DNA from: Saccostrea cucullata
Lineage: Eukaryota
Direction: 5' to 3'
NCBI RefSeq assembly: GCF_032062105.1
Contig: NW_026938483.1
Location: 1-64,000, forward strand
DNA length: 64,000 bases
Positions 27,101 through 39,595 of this stretch are shown here, piece by piece. Position numbers and translations under genes: made by a program. Within the stretch, counting starts at the first letter, position 1; each line of letters starts with the position of its first letter. The notes beneath the pieces were generated by a model. The model did not search any database, had not been told where the DNA came from, and was given only the letters and a program-made list of their open reading frames with translations.

Positions 27101-30100
27101 AAGCCCTCCCCCCCCCCTCTTTTATGGGGAAATACCTGGTATTAAGAATTAGTGAGATGGAATCCTTTCAAAATCTTCTTCTTCTTGAATTACTTGGTAA
27201 AAAAGATAAGACTTTGGTTAATTAAAGCTTCTGATCAATACATTAAAATTTGTTCAAATGAGGGCCCCCAGCAAGTTATCTGCATAAGTCAGGTTAACAG
27301 AATAGTACTACAGTCTGTACACAGTGACTACAATATGATGAAACAGTTGACTTACTCTGTAAAATAACGTACTGTGGGCTCTTTGTTCAGCTGTGTCGTG
27401 CTTGGTCCAGTGAAAATTCTTCCTTGAATTTGGGGAAATTTGGCCAACATTTGTGAAAGCTGAAAATAAGCTTGTCCTAGACTCTCTGCAGTTATATTTA
27501 TAGATGAATTCAAATGGTGAAAACTATTGGGCTCTGGAATAAATTAAATGTGTTTCACTTTGAAAAGATAAAATCATTCAGTGTTAAAGATATCATGTTT
27601 CATTTCTATTGAGTTTCTTACGATATTGTTGAATTGCCACAAAAATGCTAAATGTAAATTTTCTCTGTATGAATTTCGAGTTTATATCTTTACATAAAAA
27701 TCATGTTTTTATCAAGTGTGCAAATATTACTGTATCCTCTTTAAAATGTTCCCATTTTTTTTTTAACATTCAACAAGAAATTTTATTGAAGGGACTCTGT
27801 TTTTTAAACATATTTGATTGTCAATGTGACACTAAGATTTGAAATGAGTTCCAAAATTATAGATATTCTTCTCCTACATTTCTAGACTGTTTCTGAAAGT
27901 GATCTAAGCCTAGTTAATCATTTGATTACCATTTCCCAGTTCCCAGCCTGCCATTCTATAGCCCCTGGACTGTGTGTACTTCAGCAATAGTTCTGCGTTT
28001 GAGCTGTTCCATTGGTCATCTTTTGTTCGTAAAAGAACATTGAGGTCAAAAATCAGATCCAAGCTGGCCTTCTGCACAAATTCATGGATTTCATCCCACA
28101 TTCTAGCTGTAATAAACAAATCATATGATGATTGGTAATAAATGCTGAAACAATTCTTAATAAAAATAACTCACCTGCGTCACCAAGACCCTACTGTTCT
28201 TCATCAATAAAAGTTTTCCCTAAGTTAACTAGAATCTACACTACCTGAGAAGGGTTTCCATTAAATGATTCATATGGTTTGGTTGTTCTTGAGAAGATTT
28301 TAATTATATGTACTAATAATAGAGTCCATCTATAATATTATACATGTATGTTCCTATGCAAAACTTTAATTCCCTAATGCAGCCCCATGCTACCCTATGG
28401 GTCCTGATTTAAACAAACTTGATTCTACATTATTTTATAAAGTTCTCACATAAGTTTCCTCTTCTCTAATCCAGTGGTGGCTCTTGAGAAGAATGTAAAA
28501 AAAATTCTAACAAATTCTCATGAGTTCTCAATTATATCTTGTAGCTCTGCAGCTGAACAAACTTCATCACCTTCATCTTAGGATACTCTGTGACAAGTTT
28601 GGTTGAAATTGCCCTGGTGATCCTGGAGAAGGCATTGAAAATGTGAGAGGTTTACAGACAGATGAACAGACAGACCTCTGACACCTTTCAATCAAAAAAG
28701 CTCAGGTGGAATAAAAATTCACTGTCATATAGATTCATAAAATATCTGATACAGAGGTCACTTTGTGATTATGTAATATCAACATATACCCACCTGTCAT
28801 ATAGAACTCGGTTAGATTTTTGTGTTTATTCCTGAGGAATTCATATAATAGATCCTGTCTCTCCCATTTTCTCCCATGCTTCTTCGTGACATTAAAATGA
28901 TTATTGACATCTGATAATGTGAAGGTACAAAAATCGGCAGCGGTTCCACCAAGTCTCAGGTATGTATTGGTGTATGGTGAAAGACCTTTAGCTAAAGTTA
29001 ATACTTTTGAAGAACTGCAAAGGAAGATATGAAAAAAAAAGTTTTATACAGAGCTAGATAAATTTCGATTCATAGTAGGCAAAAACTATTGAACAAAACA
29101 GATCCATCATGAATCTTCTGTACAGACAACCCTATTCCATGTGTTCAACAAAATTGTTTTGAGAACATCGTTGTTGGCATGTTGGCATATGTAGGTTCCA
29201 TTGTTCGTTCGCCCTAAAAATTGCATGATACGCCCGTCAAATATATTGTTCAATAATCATAAATTGGTTAAGGTGCAAGAAAATCAGATAACCTTGATTA
29301 ACAGATTAACACAGATTTCAATGATCTAATTTCCCGTTCATGTTTAAAATATATTGTACATACATCTCTAAGAGATACAGTGTAGGGATTAATTATAACA
29401 AATAATACATCATATAATTCTAAACTGGCTGTGTTAGAACTTAACAAATATCCATCTGCTCGCCCTAAAACTTGTTCCAGTTACAGTGTATTGAATTTGA
29501 TTCATGTTTTAAGCCAGATGCTATATGGCATTCACAATTTTGAAAGGGCACCATTGATCATCATAACAATTTAATGTTACTGAATAACCATAAATAAAAT
29601 CTAATGAATTTCTTTCCACATTTTTAGGTTGCACAAATTTTTAAAAGGCACCCTTAAAATTGCCTATCAAAAAGTAAATAAATGAAATAATTAATTCATT
29701 TTCAGTATATACGTAGAGCCCCCCCCCCCCCACTCCTGACCCTGGGGCCTTGAAATTCACAATTCTGCAAGATTAGGGCCCTTGTTCATCATAACTATAT
29801 AGGTAGTTCATCTGTCATATGCATATTGCCACAAATGGTCACACTCAATGCATGACCTGTCAAAGACCTGAAGACCTGTTTGGAGATTTTTTTTTGAGAT
29901 CAAAGGGAGATTCTTCAACGGTAAAACCTTCAACATCCGCTGTTCATTTCTATAATGGACCTTTTAACATCTCAGTCCTTTAATTGTTTTCAAAACATAG
30001 CGCAATTCGTAAAAATAACACGGATGTTTCCCCCTAATTAACATTGATATTTATCATATTAGTCATCTAATTAACTATAGTGCAAACACTAAGACATTCA

Positions 30101-31277
30101 AAAAAATTAGAATCAAATCAAAAATTAATTAAGACTAAATAAACATTGTTCCTCATATCAAAATTTGAGAAAAAATATTCCAAGTTCGTAAAGGAAATAA
30201 ATAGAAAAAATGATATAGGCCTATGTTATTTTTTAATTCATATCAGTTTATATATACAAATATATCTATATAAGTATTGGGCGAACCACATATAGGGCGA
30301 ACAAGATATTGGGCGAGAAATATGTACCCCGGTAATTTTATTTCAATGAACACATGTTTAAAGTTTTCATTATATTATACAATACTAATTTAGTTTTTAA
30401 TCATACATTAAACATCAATTTGTATGATTTGTCAGACATGAAGTTCATTAATATTTCCCTCCAAAATTTTTTTGTTTACATTTCACAATGGAGAATGATG
30501 ATAGTTTGATAGTTTGATAGTCATATTTGTGTTTTAATAAATCTACTTTTTCTTGATATAGTTCTACTAATCTTTCATTTTGTTCGGGCGATTAATTGAT
30601 ATTGAACGAAAAATTCACATTACATGTTAGTTCTTCTTTATATAGATCAACCTCTTTGACCTTGTCAATGATTGGTTAAAACCTGCGACGAACGGACTCC
30701 CGCTGTCTTATGATTTTCCTATTTAACAGTGTAGATCAGGCAAATGAACCCGTTACCGCATATGTACATAGAGTGGGTCAGTGGGTTTAGAATCTTTTAA
30801 TTATCAGTTTAAGCTCTGGTTTCTATTTGGGGAGGGGGTGCAATGTCTGTCTTCAAGATCCTGTGGAAAGGATACTTCCACTTTTTTGCAAAATAAAGCC
30901 ACCTATCTAAAGTCACCTGAAAATTTGATTTGTTTAGGAGACGTTGTACAGTACTTTACCTTAAGTTGAGTTTCTCCCATTTGTGCTGGATGAGCCCGGA
31001 GTCAAGTGTAATGCCTACAAATTGACTTGATGTTGTCGAAATTATCGTGTCAAAAGTAATCAGTCATCTAATTAACTATAGTGCAAACACTAAGACATTA
31101 AAAAAAATTAGAATCAAATCAAAAATTAATTAAGACTAAATAAACATTGTTCCTCTCAAAATTTGATCCCAAGTTCATGGCATCTGACTGGATCAGTCGT
31201 ACAAGCAGTGAGAAAAGTACGATATATCCACTAAATTTCTGTCTAAAATGATTGATGAAAACTTTCATTTCCCTCAT
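24113..31277 (-). CDS. HPSE: Heparanase (GH79 endo-beta-glucuronidase), 10 exons; exon 1 interrupted by a 94-bp insertion in this sequence
   Basis: Exons with GT-AG ends and consistent phases: 31277-30960 (insert at 31155-31062), 29014-28794, 28106-27930, 27533-27356, 26790-26740, 26060-25860, 25425-25311, 25203-25091, 24872-24741, 24272-24113. Motifs [32 protein letters not shown] (acid/base Glu), [14 protein letters not shown] (nucleophile Glu), [24 protein letters not shown]. 523 aa without the insert; hydrophobic N-terminal signal-like stretch. Confidence 0.93.
26918..27270. mobile_element. Degenerate CvA/pearl-like HINE in heparanase intron 4
   Basis: gctcacc..gctcaggtgagc hairpin end, aaccaaacttg and ttgttcaaatga motifs. 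Confidence 0.55.
28180..28715. mobile_element. Degenerate CvA/pearl-like HINE in heparanase intron 2
   Basis: aagtttggttgaaattg, (acag)n and gctcaggtg end motifs. Confidence 0.55.
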
Positions 31278-32329
31278 TCTGCATTTTGTTTTGATTTTGA
31301 AATGTACTTCGATTCCGATTGAATTTGCCACTCAATTCGATCCCGATTATAATTAGGCACAAAGTTTTCTCTCTTCTGGTAAGAGGGATGGAGGGTGGCA
31401 GAATTCTTTGAAAAGCACAAATTACATTTGTTTACAGACATGCAGGCAATAGTAGAAGGTAGAATATTCATTTCATTACAAGTATCAAAAGAGTTCACTA
31501 CTAAGAAATTAATTCTATAATAAAACCAACAATGAACCATATTTTTTCCCCTGCTTAAATTGCACAAGGCCACTGGTCTCTCAGTCTGTCTGTCACAAAA
31601 TATTTAATCTTGGTCATAACTTTTGACTGAGAAGAGACAGGACCTTCACATTTCCTGTGACCTTACCAAACATGTTTTTACTTGACCCCATGACCTTGAC
31701 CTTATTTTTTTTACTTACTATTCAAAAATTTTAATATACTTGGTCATAACTTTTGAATGAGAAAAAAATATGGATTTTATATTTCACATGTATATAACTT
31801 GTGAAAAAGAGACATTTTCAAATAAATTTACATTTTGCATAATGTGACCTTGAAAATGATGTTTGACCTTCTTTTTCATATAAAATGAACAGATGTGTAA
31901 ATAAGACATTGACTTTTTTTCAAATGTACTATGTACTTTGACCTGTGATTTGATGTTTGGCATAATTATCAAAAATGCTTAAAATTGCATGACCATTTTT
32001 TTTTAACGAGAAGATTGGGTGGTTAAAACTTGTGCATTACCTTACATAAGGTGTTTTTTTCCAAATGTACTATCATGCAGGGATTTTCAATTTACAACTT
32101 TACTATCTTTGTGACTTTATGACCTTGACCTAGAAGTTTCACCTACTTATTTGACCTCAGTTCCTTGATCTTGAAGTAATTAACTTGCAATTTTAAAAGC
32201 AATTTTATTATAGATTCAATTTTATTTTCTATCTAGATCTTGTGTATAATGGACAGACATAAAAGGACATGTACACATGGACAAGAGAGTTACAATACCC
32301 TGTGCAATATTGCATTCCAACCACCATGG

Positions 32330-32660
32330 AACATACCATAATTCTTTTAAATTTGCAGTAAAGGAGTTGTAACAGTAACAGAAAGGGAGTAAAATGTGAT
32401 AGACCAGAATCAAGGCCCTCGGAATATTCATCCAGTCATGTGTTCTTCCAATTAAACTATCAGACTATATGGGTGATCAAATCTGTCCGACAACATTCCT
32501 TCCTTCAGACACTAACCCACTGGCAGGGTCTTTTAGTGCATGGTATGGCACCAAATGAAAGGAAAAAGAAGGTGATGAACCAGACCAGTATTTGAACCCA
32601 GACCCACTAAATCTTGAGTCAGGTGCTCTAGTCCAACTGAGCCACTGGTGATTGATTCTG
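32330..32660 (-). mobile_element. tRNA-derived SINE-like remnant
   Basis: Minus strand A box tggctcagttgg and B box ggttcaaatac at ~32645-32587; second decayed tRNA-like head at ~32465-32400. Confidence 0.5.
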
Positions 32661-35525
32661 TCAGTCAACCACATTATAAACAGTAAAACTACACATATGT
32701 ACCTGTTTGTGTTCATAACACTTTAACGCTTGTCTTGCATACAATTTTAATCACTTCTAGATAAACAGACTAAACGTTTCGCCAAACAATGTATGTATAT
32801 TTATATATCAACACAAAACATTCCCATACCCCTCGCTTTACAAAACAGTATATATATAATAATTATATAAATAAAATATGCATATTATAGACCTCCATTT
32901 GTTTAAATAGACTAAATACTGGAATGGGATTAAGAATATTGTATTTCTAATCACACCTTCATTATTTCCTTGAGTTGTTTTTTTTTTTTTTACATAAAGT
33001 CCCTATCTATCCCAGTCTGAGACTAACATATATTGTGTAACCAAAAGAAAAAATATTAAAATGGACACATTATCAAGATAATGGTTGTAAAATTCAGATG
33101 TCTCATTCACAATTTTCAAACATTTTTTTAAAAATTAATTTAGGTTTTGATTCTAAATCAGGAGGTCTTTTGATATTGTATTCAAGGCAATACACCCATA
33201 TCTGCATATGATAGCTGCTAACCGCCTTAATGGTTCTGAATAAGATATGCCTTTTCAAAATGATACTTTTCATCAATCTATCAAAAAATGAATATTATAA
33301 ATGTATTTGAGGAAACATAGCAAGATTTGCATTTAATAAATAATTTATACTCGGAAATATTATTATTGGGGATTTTATCCATTGACCGAGTTTAAAATAC
33401 TTTACAGGATTCTATCATCTAAATAAGTAAACTCCTTGGGATTATAATTAAATATAAGCACTGTCAACGAGATATTAGTCCTCTAAATTATAAACTGAAT
33501 AGAAGCCAACTAAAGACCTACCTAAAACACTGATTAGAAAGAAATATACAGCAGTCATAAGGAAAAGGGGAAATCAATTTACAAGTACAACAGATTGTTA
33601 GAGAACTTAAACTGTGCTAAACTAAATTGGAATTCACTGGAAAACATTGTAAATTAATATCAAAATATATTTGCTGCTAAAAATAAGAAAAAATTTACAA
33701 AACAAGCATAATCAATAATGAAAACAAACAAAAAACATAAATCTAAAAACTGGCAGGTTATACAGTGTAGGTACACAGCCATTCACCAACCCCAAACTTA
33801 ATACACTCAGGTATTTAATATTCAGTTTTTACTATAAAACTGACACGACATTCTACAATTGTATCTACCATTAAACTTAACCCTGGCAGATATACAATTT
33901 AAACAATTGGAAATATACACACTCTGTATAATTAAGATCTTTGTATTATGCAATCATCACATGTACTGGTACAACACATTGAAAGCTAGGTAGTATGAGC
34001 TCAAAATAAATTACAGGAATACACATTTAGTCTGTATGTATAGTCAGTATGTATAACTTAACTAAATAGTATCTGTTTTATTTCAGTTGATACCTCGATC
34101 CTATATTTGAAAAACAGATCAACGTACATGTACTTGTTTATAAAAAGAAAAAAAATACAGAAACTTTGCATGCATAATGAACATTTCTTTTCAGACGGTA
34201 TAAAATCTTAAAAACAGTTTTTATCCAGCAGTGTATAGGTATAGATCATCCAGTGTCCTTCCTGCAAGAGACCATTGACAGGAACCCTATGTACATGTAC
34301 ATCTATTTAGTAACAGAAGTTGAAATCATTTTCAGATGAGGCTGAGAATTTTAGCAGTTGCTCAAAAAACATTATTAAAAGCTGATTTCAAGAATTAGTG
34401 AACATCTAAGCAAAAGAGTATATTGTAAACCATAAAATGAGAACAACTTTAAAGACTGCATCAAATGGTTAAATACTGCATGTACCAGGATCATTTTTTG
34501 TCTGCATAACTTAAATTGGTAAATCAATAAAACATATATCGCTAAGTAACAAATATTGGTGAGGACAGAAAAAACATATGTCCAAAATACATGTACATGT
34601 AATTTTTTTCATTTTAAAATGGATAAAAACTCCAAATATACATTGTCAAGTAAAGATATTTTCATAAAGATAATTTGACTTCAGAAACTTACAGTAACTC
34701 AAAGTTGACACTACTTTACCATATTATCAGGCGAGCAATATATGTTCAACAGTGTTCTGAAATAAATGTAATATAATGTCTATTAACATTTGCATATTGA
34801 CTACTTTTTTTTGCTTCACTGCATGTACATACATGTATCTGGTATTTTTTTTAAAATGCTTTAAAAAGTCTATATAAAAGTTATGTTCTATTTTTTTCCT
34901 TTTCATCATACATACATAATGTATATATGGGTTCTTAGCTTTCCCAATATGACAATAGCTGCTTGGTTGTTTACAAACTATCTGCAGGAGTAAAAATTCT
35001 GGTCTCGCAATTACATTACTGAATTACATATAATTCAGATTTATACCGGTACATACAATGTATTTAGTCTGGAATCTTATAGGCACTTTTTGTTAGGTCT
35101 GAGAGATTTTACTATAAATAAAAGCAGGTGGGCAAACAGAAGTTTTTTTGGAAGACCTATTGAATGAAATCATAGCGAGCAGATTTCACATTGAGTTGGG
35201 CCCAGTTTTCTATCTGACTACTGTATTGGACACAATATAGGACAACCAATGTTCTGTTGGATTAAATACTGTAAAAAAGTGAAAAATATCATCTACAATT
35301 CAACAATAAAAAATTCTTAATAAAAAAAAAATTAATAATATATTAATCATCAGCTAATTTATCATCAAAATATGAATTGTCAAATACTAACTACATTTGT
35401 AATCTCCATCTAGAATTCTATACAAAATGCTGTAAACTGTTAGCGAGCGACCTAATTCTGAGAATCGTTCTATTAATAGTAATACTACACTGGGCCTGTC
35501 CCTCTCTCTGACATCAGTCCATCGC

Positions 35526-38500
35526 TTAGAATCCCTGCCAATCACTGTGTGCGTCTGAATCCTCGTCAGTATCTACCTTGTAACACTTGATTCCATTCTT
35601 CAATGCTGGAGTCCCTTTTCCTTTACCTTTAACGAAAAAACCATAAGCATTAATAATTAACTGGCACTCATACATTGTAATGAGGACATAACAAATAATA
35701 CAAAATATATTTATCATCGCGTGTTTAATTCCTTACAATCTGGCTTGTTACAATTTTTAATTTCTTCTGTTGGTCTTTGCTGTCTATTGCCTGTATTTAT
35801 CATTTTTGACTTTAAATCACCTAGAACTCTTTAGTTTGTATAGCAAACTTTATTCTCTTCTTTCGGTCTTTGTGGTATATATCTATCATTATGTGTTATA
35901 TTACCTAGAACTCTGGCATGTATAACAATCTTGAGTCTTGTCTGTTGGTCTTTGCTGTATATATTTATCATTTTGTTTTATATTACCTAGAACTCTGGCA
36001 TGTATAACAATCTTGAGTCTTGTCTGTTGGTCTTTGCTGTATATATTTATCATTTCTGTCAGCAGTTTCTCACGATGAGCATTAAAATGCAGCACCAGCT
36101 CATGTCCCTTACCTACAAGTGTATTATGTGAAAAATAAACAAGAGATGTACTTGAAACATTTATCCACCCTTTACATCTTCTTCAAAGAGGAGCATAAAA
36201 TCATACAATTTTCTAAAAATGATCATTGACCAAAAATGCAGAGCAACAAATTCGTAAATGATAAAAATACATGTACATTATGTAATTCTCATTCCCTAAT
36301 AAAAGGGAGACAATATGAAAACTACTGATAAGCCACATAAGATATTCAACATATAAGCATATGTAGTACATGTTTATCCTTATAATCAAAACTTTGTGGA
36401 AAAAAAAAACAAAACTGCCCCTACCATCTTCTGTAGGAGTGACTTTCTGGATTTCGACATGGAGGTTTTCCCTTTTATCATAATCAACCTCCTCTCCCAG
36501 ACTATCACTGACACAGAAACAGACCACGTAGTGATGGTGGACCTGTAGAAATCCCAGGTGGACGTCCGCCTTACCCTCACTCTGCTTCACGTGAATCTCC
36601 AGATTATGGTCCTTCAGCTGTTCTGCCTCAAAATGGACATGGTCTTTCCCATGGTCTTTGCAGTTGGAAGCTGGAAATCAGATTTAATACAGTGTTAAAT
36701 AAAATATGTATATCATGTATATTATATACAGTCAAAGCTTGTTCATAGACCAAGATTAAACTTTGAGATACCTGAGGATTCAAGATGTTAAGGTTAAAAA
36801 TCATATTAGAGAAACAATGGTTGTGACTTCCAAATCACTTCAAAACATCCCTGATTATCTCTGGTATTATACTGATAAGACATTACTGTTCAAAATGACA
36901 AAATTCAACTGTACATGTAAACATTATCAAAAAGTATAGCAATTCTAACAACATACAACATGTGTATCACAAATGACATGTGAACATTAATTGTTCCTAT
37001 ATATGGAAGTCCCCATCTTTAGAGTACCTGGTAGTAAATATACCAGTAATTAAATCAAAAGTGAATTCATGTGAATTATGTGACATTTAGATAGTGTTTT
37101 ACTCAAGAACTATTTGTGTATATTCTTTTTTTTTGCATGTTATGCAAGCATGGACTAAAATATGCAATTTTCAAGACCAGAAAAAAATATCCAGCATGTC
37201 TGAAATGTATCTCAAACAAGTGTGCTTGCAATTAAGTAGGTCAAGGTGAAAAGATAAAATGCATATTGTAACTTTTGCCAAGGTATGGTTATTTTGCACA
37301 AGATATATTTTGAATTATAAAAACAAATTCAGAATTGTTTCATGTCTTTTTTCACTAAAAGCAGCAACTTCATTTAAGTGTGACTACGGATTTTGCTAGG
37401 GTTTACAAAAACTTACTGTAAAATCACATATTTTCAAGGGGTCATAAATTTATGGGTTTCTCAATACCTTGGAAACATCTATATTTAACCCCCACAATAA
37501 TCAGTGATTTCATAGTAGTTGAACTACATATTTCTTGTGCAAATAATAGACACCAGAACACAATACAAACAGAACAATCACATGACATAGGAACACAATC
37601 CAAACAGAACAATCAAATGACACCAGAGCACAATCCATACAGAACAATCACATGACAACAGGACACAATCTAAACAGAACAATCACATGACATCAGAGCA
37701 CAATACAAACAAAACAATCACATGACAACAGGACACAATCCATACAGAACAATCACATGACAACAGAACACAAGCCAAACAGAACAATCACATAACAACA
37801 GAACACAATCCATACAGAACAATCACATGACAACAGAACACAATCCATACAGAACAATCACATGACACCAGAACACAATACAAACAGAATAATCAAATGA
37901 CATCAGAACACAATCCATACAGAACAATCACATGACACCAGAACACAATCCAAACAGAACAATCACATGACACCAGAACACAATACAAACAGAACAATCA
38001 CATGACACCAGAACACAATCCAAACAGAATAATCACATGACACCAGAACACAATCCATATAGAATTATCACATGACAACAGGACACAATCTAAACAGAAC
38101 AATCACATGACCACAGAACACAATACAAACAGAACAATCACATGACAACAGGACACAATCCATACAGAACAATCACATGACAACAGAACACAATCCAAAC
38201 AGAACAATCACATGACAACAGGACACAATCCATACAGAACAATCACATGACAACTGAACACAATCCAAACAGAACAATCACATGACAACAGGACACAATC
38301 CATACAGAACAATCATATGACAAGAGGACACAATCCATACAGAACAATCACATGACAACAGAACACAACCCAAACAGAACAATCACATGACAGCAGAACA
38401 CAACCCAAACAGAACAATCACATGACAACAGAACACAATCCAAACAGAACAATCACATGACAACAGAACACAATCTAATCAGAACAATCATATGACAAAA

Positions 38501-38970
38501 GATCAATCACATGACAACAGAACACAATCCAAACAAGAATACAACACTACAAATTGATAATAATGAGTATGAAAGAATGATCAATAAATGAAATGAAATA
38601 ATGAATTTTTTTCTTAAGTTGTTTACCATTTACATGATCTAATTTGTACTAATAAAATTATGACTATGAACAAATTTTGAAAAAAAAAAAAATAAATAAA
38701 TGTACAGACAGAACGATGTGCATCCAAATCTCTGATTATACAGTTATAGGGGCATAACAAGGGTTTGTCACCCTGTGACATTTATTTGCTTAGATTTTCA
38801 TTTTTTTAACGTTTAAATAAAAGAAGGAGCCAACAAAATACTATAAATTCTGCATATCTCATACACTACTTCAACTAAAGAGGCTACATGCATGAAATGA
38901 TGTATCCTACGATAGTAATGGGAAAAGATAATTAACTTCACTTACCAGGTTTCTCCTGAATTGTTTCCAT
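35526..38970 (-). CDS. ADISSP: Adipose-secreted signaling protein / UPF0687 C20orf27 homolog, 4 exons, 165 aa
   Basis: Exons 38970-38946, 36670-36425, 36112-35987, 35626-35526 (all introns phase 1; 498 nt). Motifs HVHFE, VHLGFLQVHHHY, FNAHREKLL, IHARVLGKGKGTPALKNGIKC and C-terminal DSDAHSDWQGF match my recollection of C20orf27. Confidence 0.88.
36729..36911. mobile_element. Tc1/mariner-type MITE remnant
   Basis: TA|cagt ... actg|TA ends; related fragments near 26670-26730 and 51172-51260. Confidence 0.5.
37548..38535. repeat. 35-bp minisatellite, ~28 copies, in ADISSP intron 1
   Basis: Unit gacaacagaacacaatccaaacagaacaatcacat. Confidence 0.95.
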
Positions 38971-39595
38971 TATTAAGATTTAATGTATAGAGAGAAGCCT
39001 GTATTCCTTTGATTCTCTTTCTTGGTGGCTTCGTTGTAACTGGTGGGCTCTTGGTTTCACAATAACTTTGAAACAATTTACTCTCTAATCAGTAATGGTG
39101 AAACGCAGAAAGCTTTACATATCTCTGAAAATAGAACAACCTCATTTTGAAAAAGAAATCAACTCCATTTCTTTGAAAATATATAATTGCACGAAGGTCA
39201 ATAACTATAGACTTCGTTTTTCTCTGTTTTACATTTACCAATGAATAATTAATCTGTTTAAAAGTCCTGAGGAAATTCAAGTTTCTGAGAAATTAATTTT
39301 GAACTTCGATTCCGAGTTAAGAAAATGTATAAACATCATAAAATTATGCCTTTTAATCTTTTCTTTACGTTATTATAAAAATGTTAGAATATGAAAAATA
39401 ATCGTTTTCAAAGTGGAGTGATTTGTTGATATAAGCCACGGGGATATACATTTGATTTCCATACGTTTCGAAGAAAAAGATTAAATTCATCGGGATCGAA
39501 ATTCTCAATTACACTTTCGAGCTTCTTTGGAGTTTTCATTCCAGAATCAATGAGTTAGAGATTTTCCGAGTAAAATTATTAGCATATCGATCAAG
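38971..39595. promoter_or_regulatory. Probable bidirectional promoter / 5' UTR region between ADISSP and RSF1
   Basis: Divergent start codons 625 bp apart with no recognisable repeat between them. Confidence 0.65.

Noticed and set aside
29195-30330. Possible DNA element in heparanase intron 1 with inverted cgccc/gggcga motifs, containing the 94-bp source segment
   Set aside because: TIRs and TSD could not be defined; noted only as a caveat that the insert might come from another genomic copy
31119-31331. 70-aa ORF as a separate small gene, or the 94-bp insert as a normal intron
   Set aside because: It is the truncated heparanase N-terminus; the insert lacks GT-AG ends and leaves an in-frame TGA
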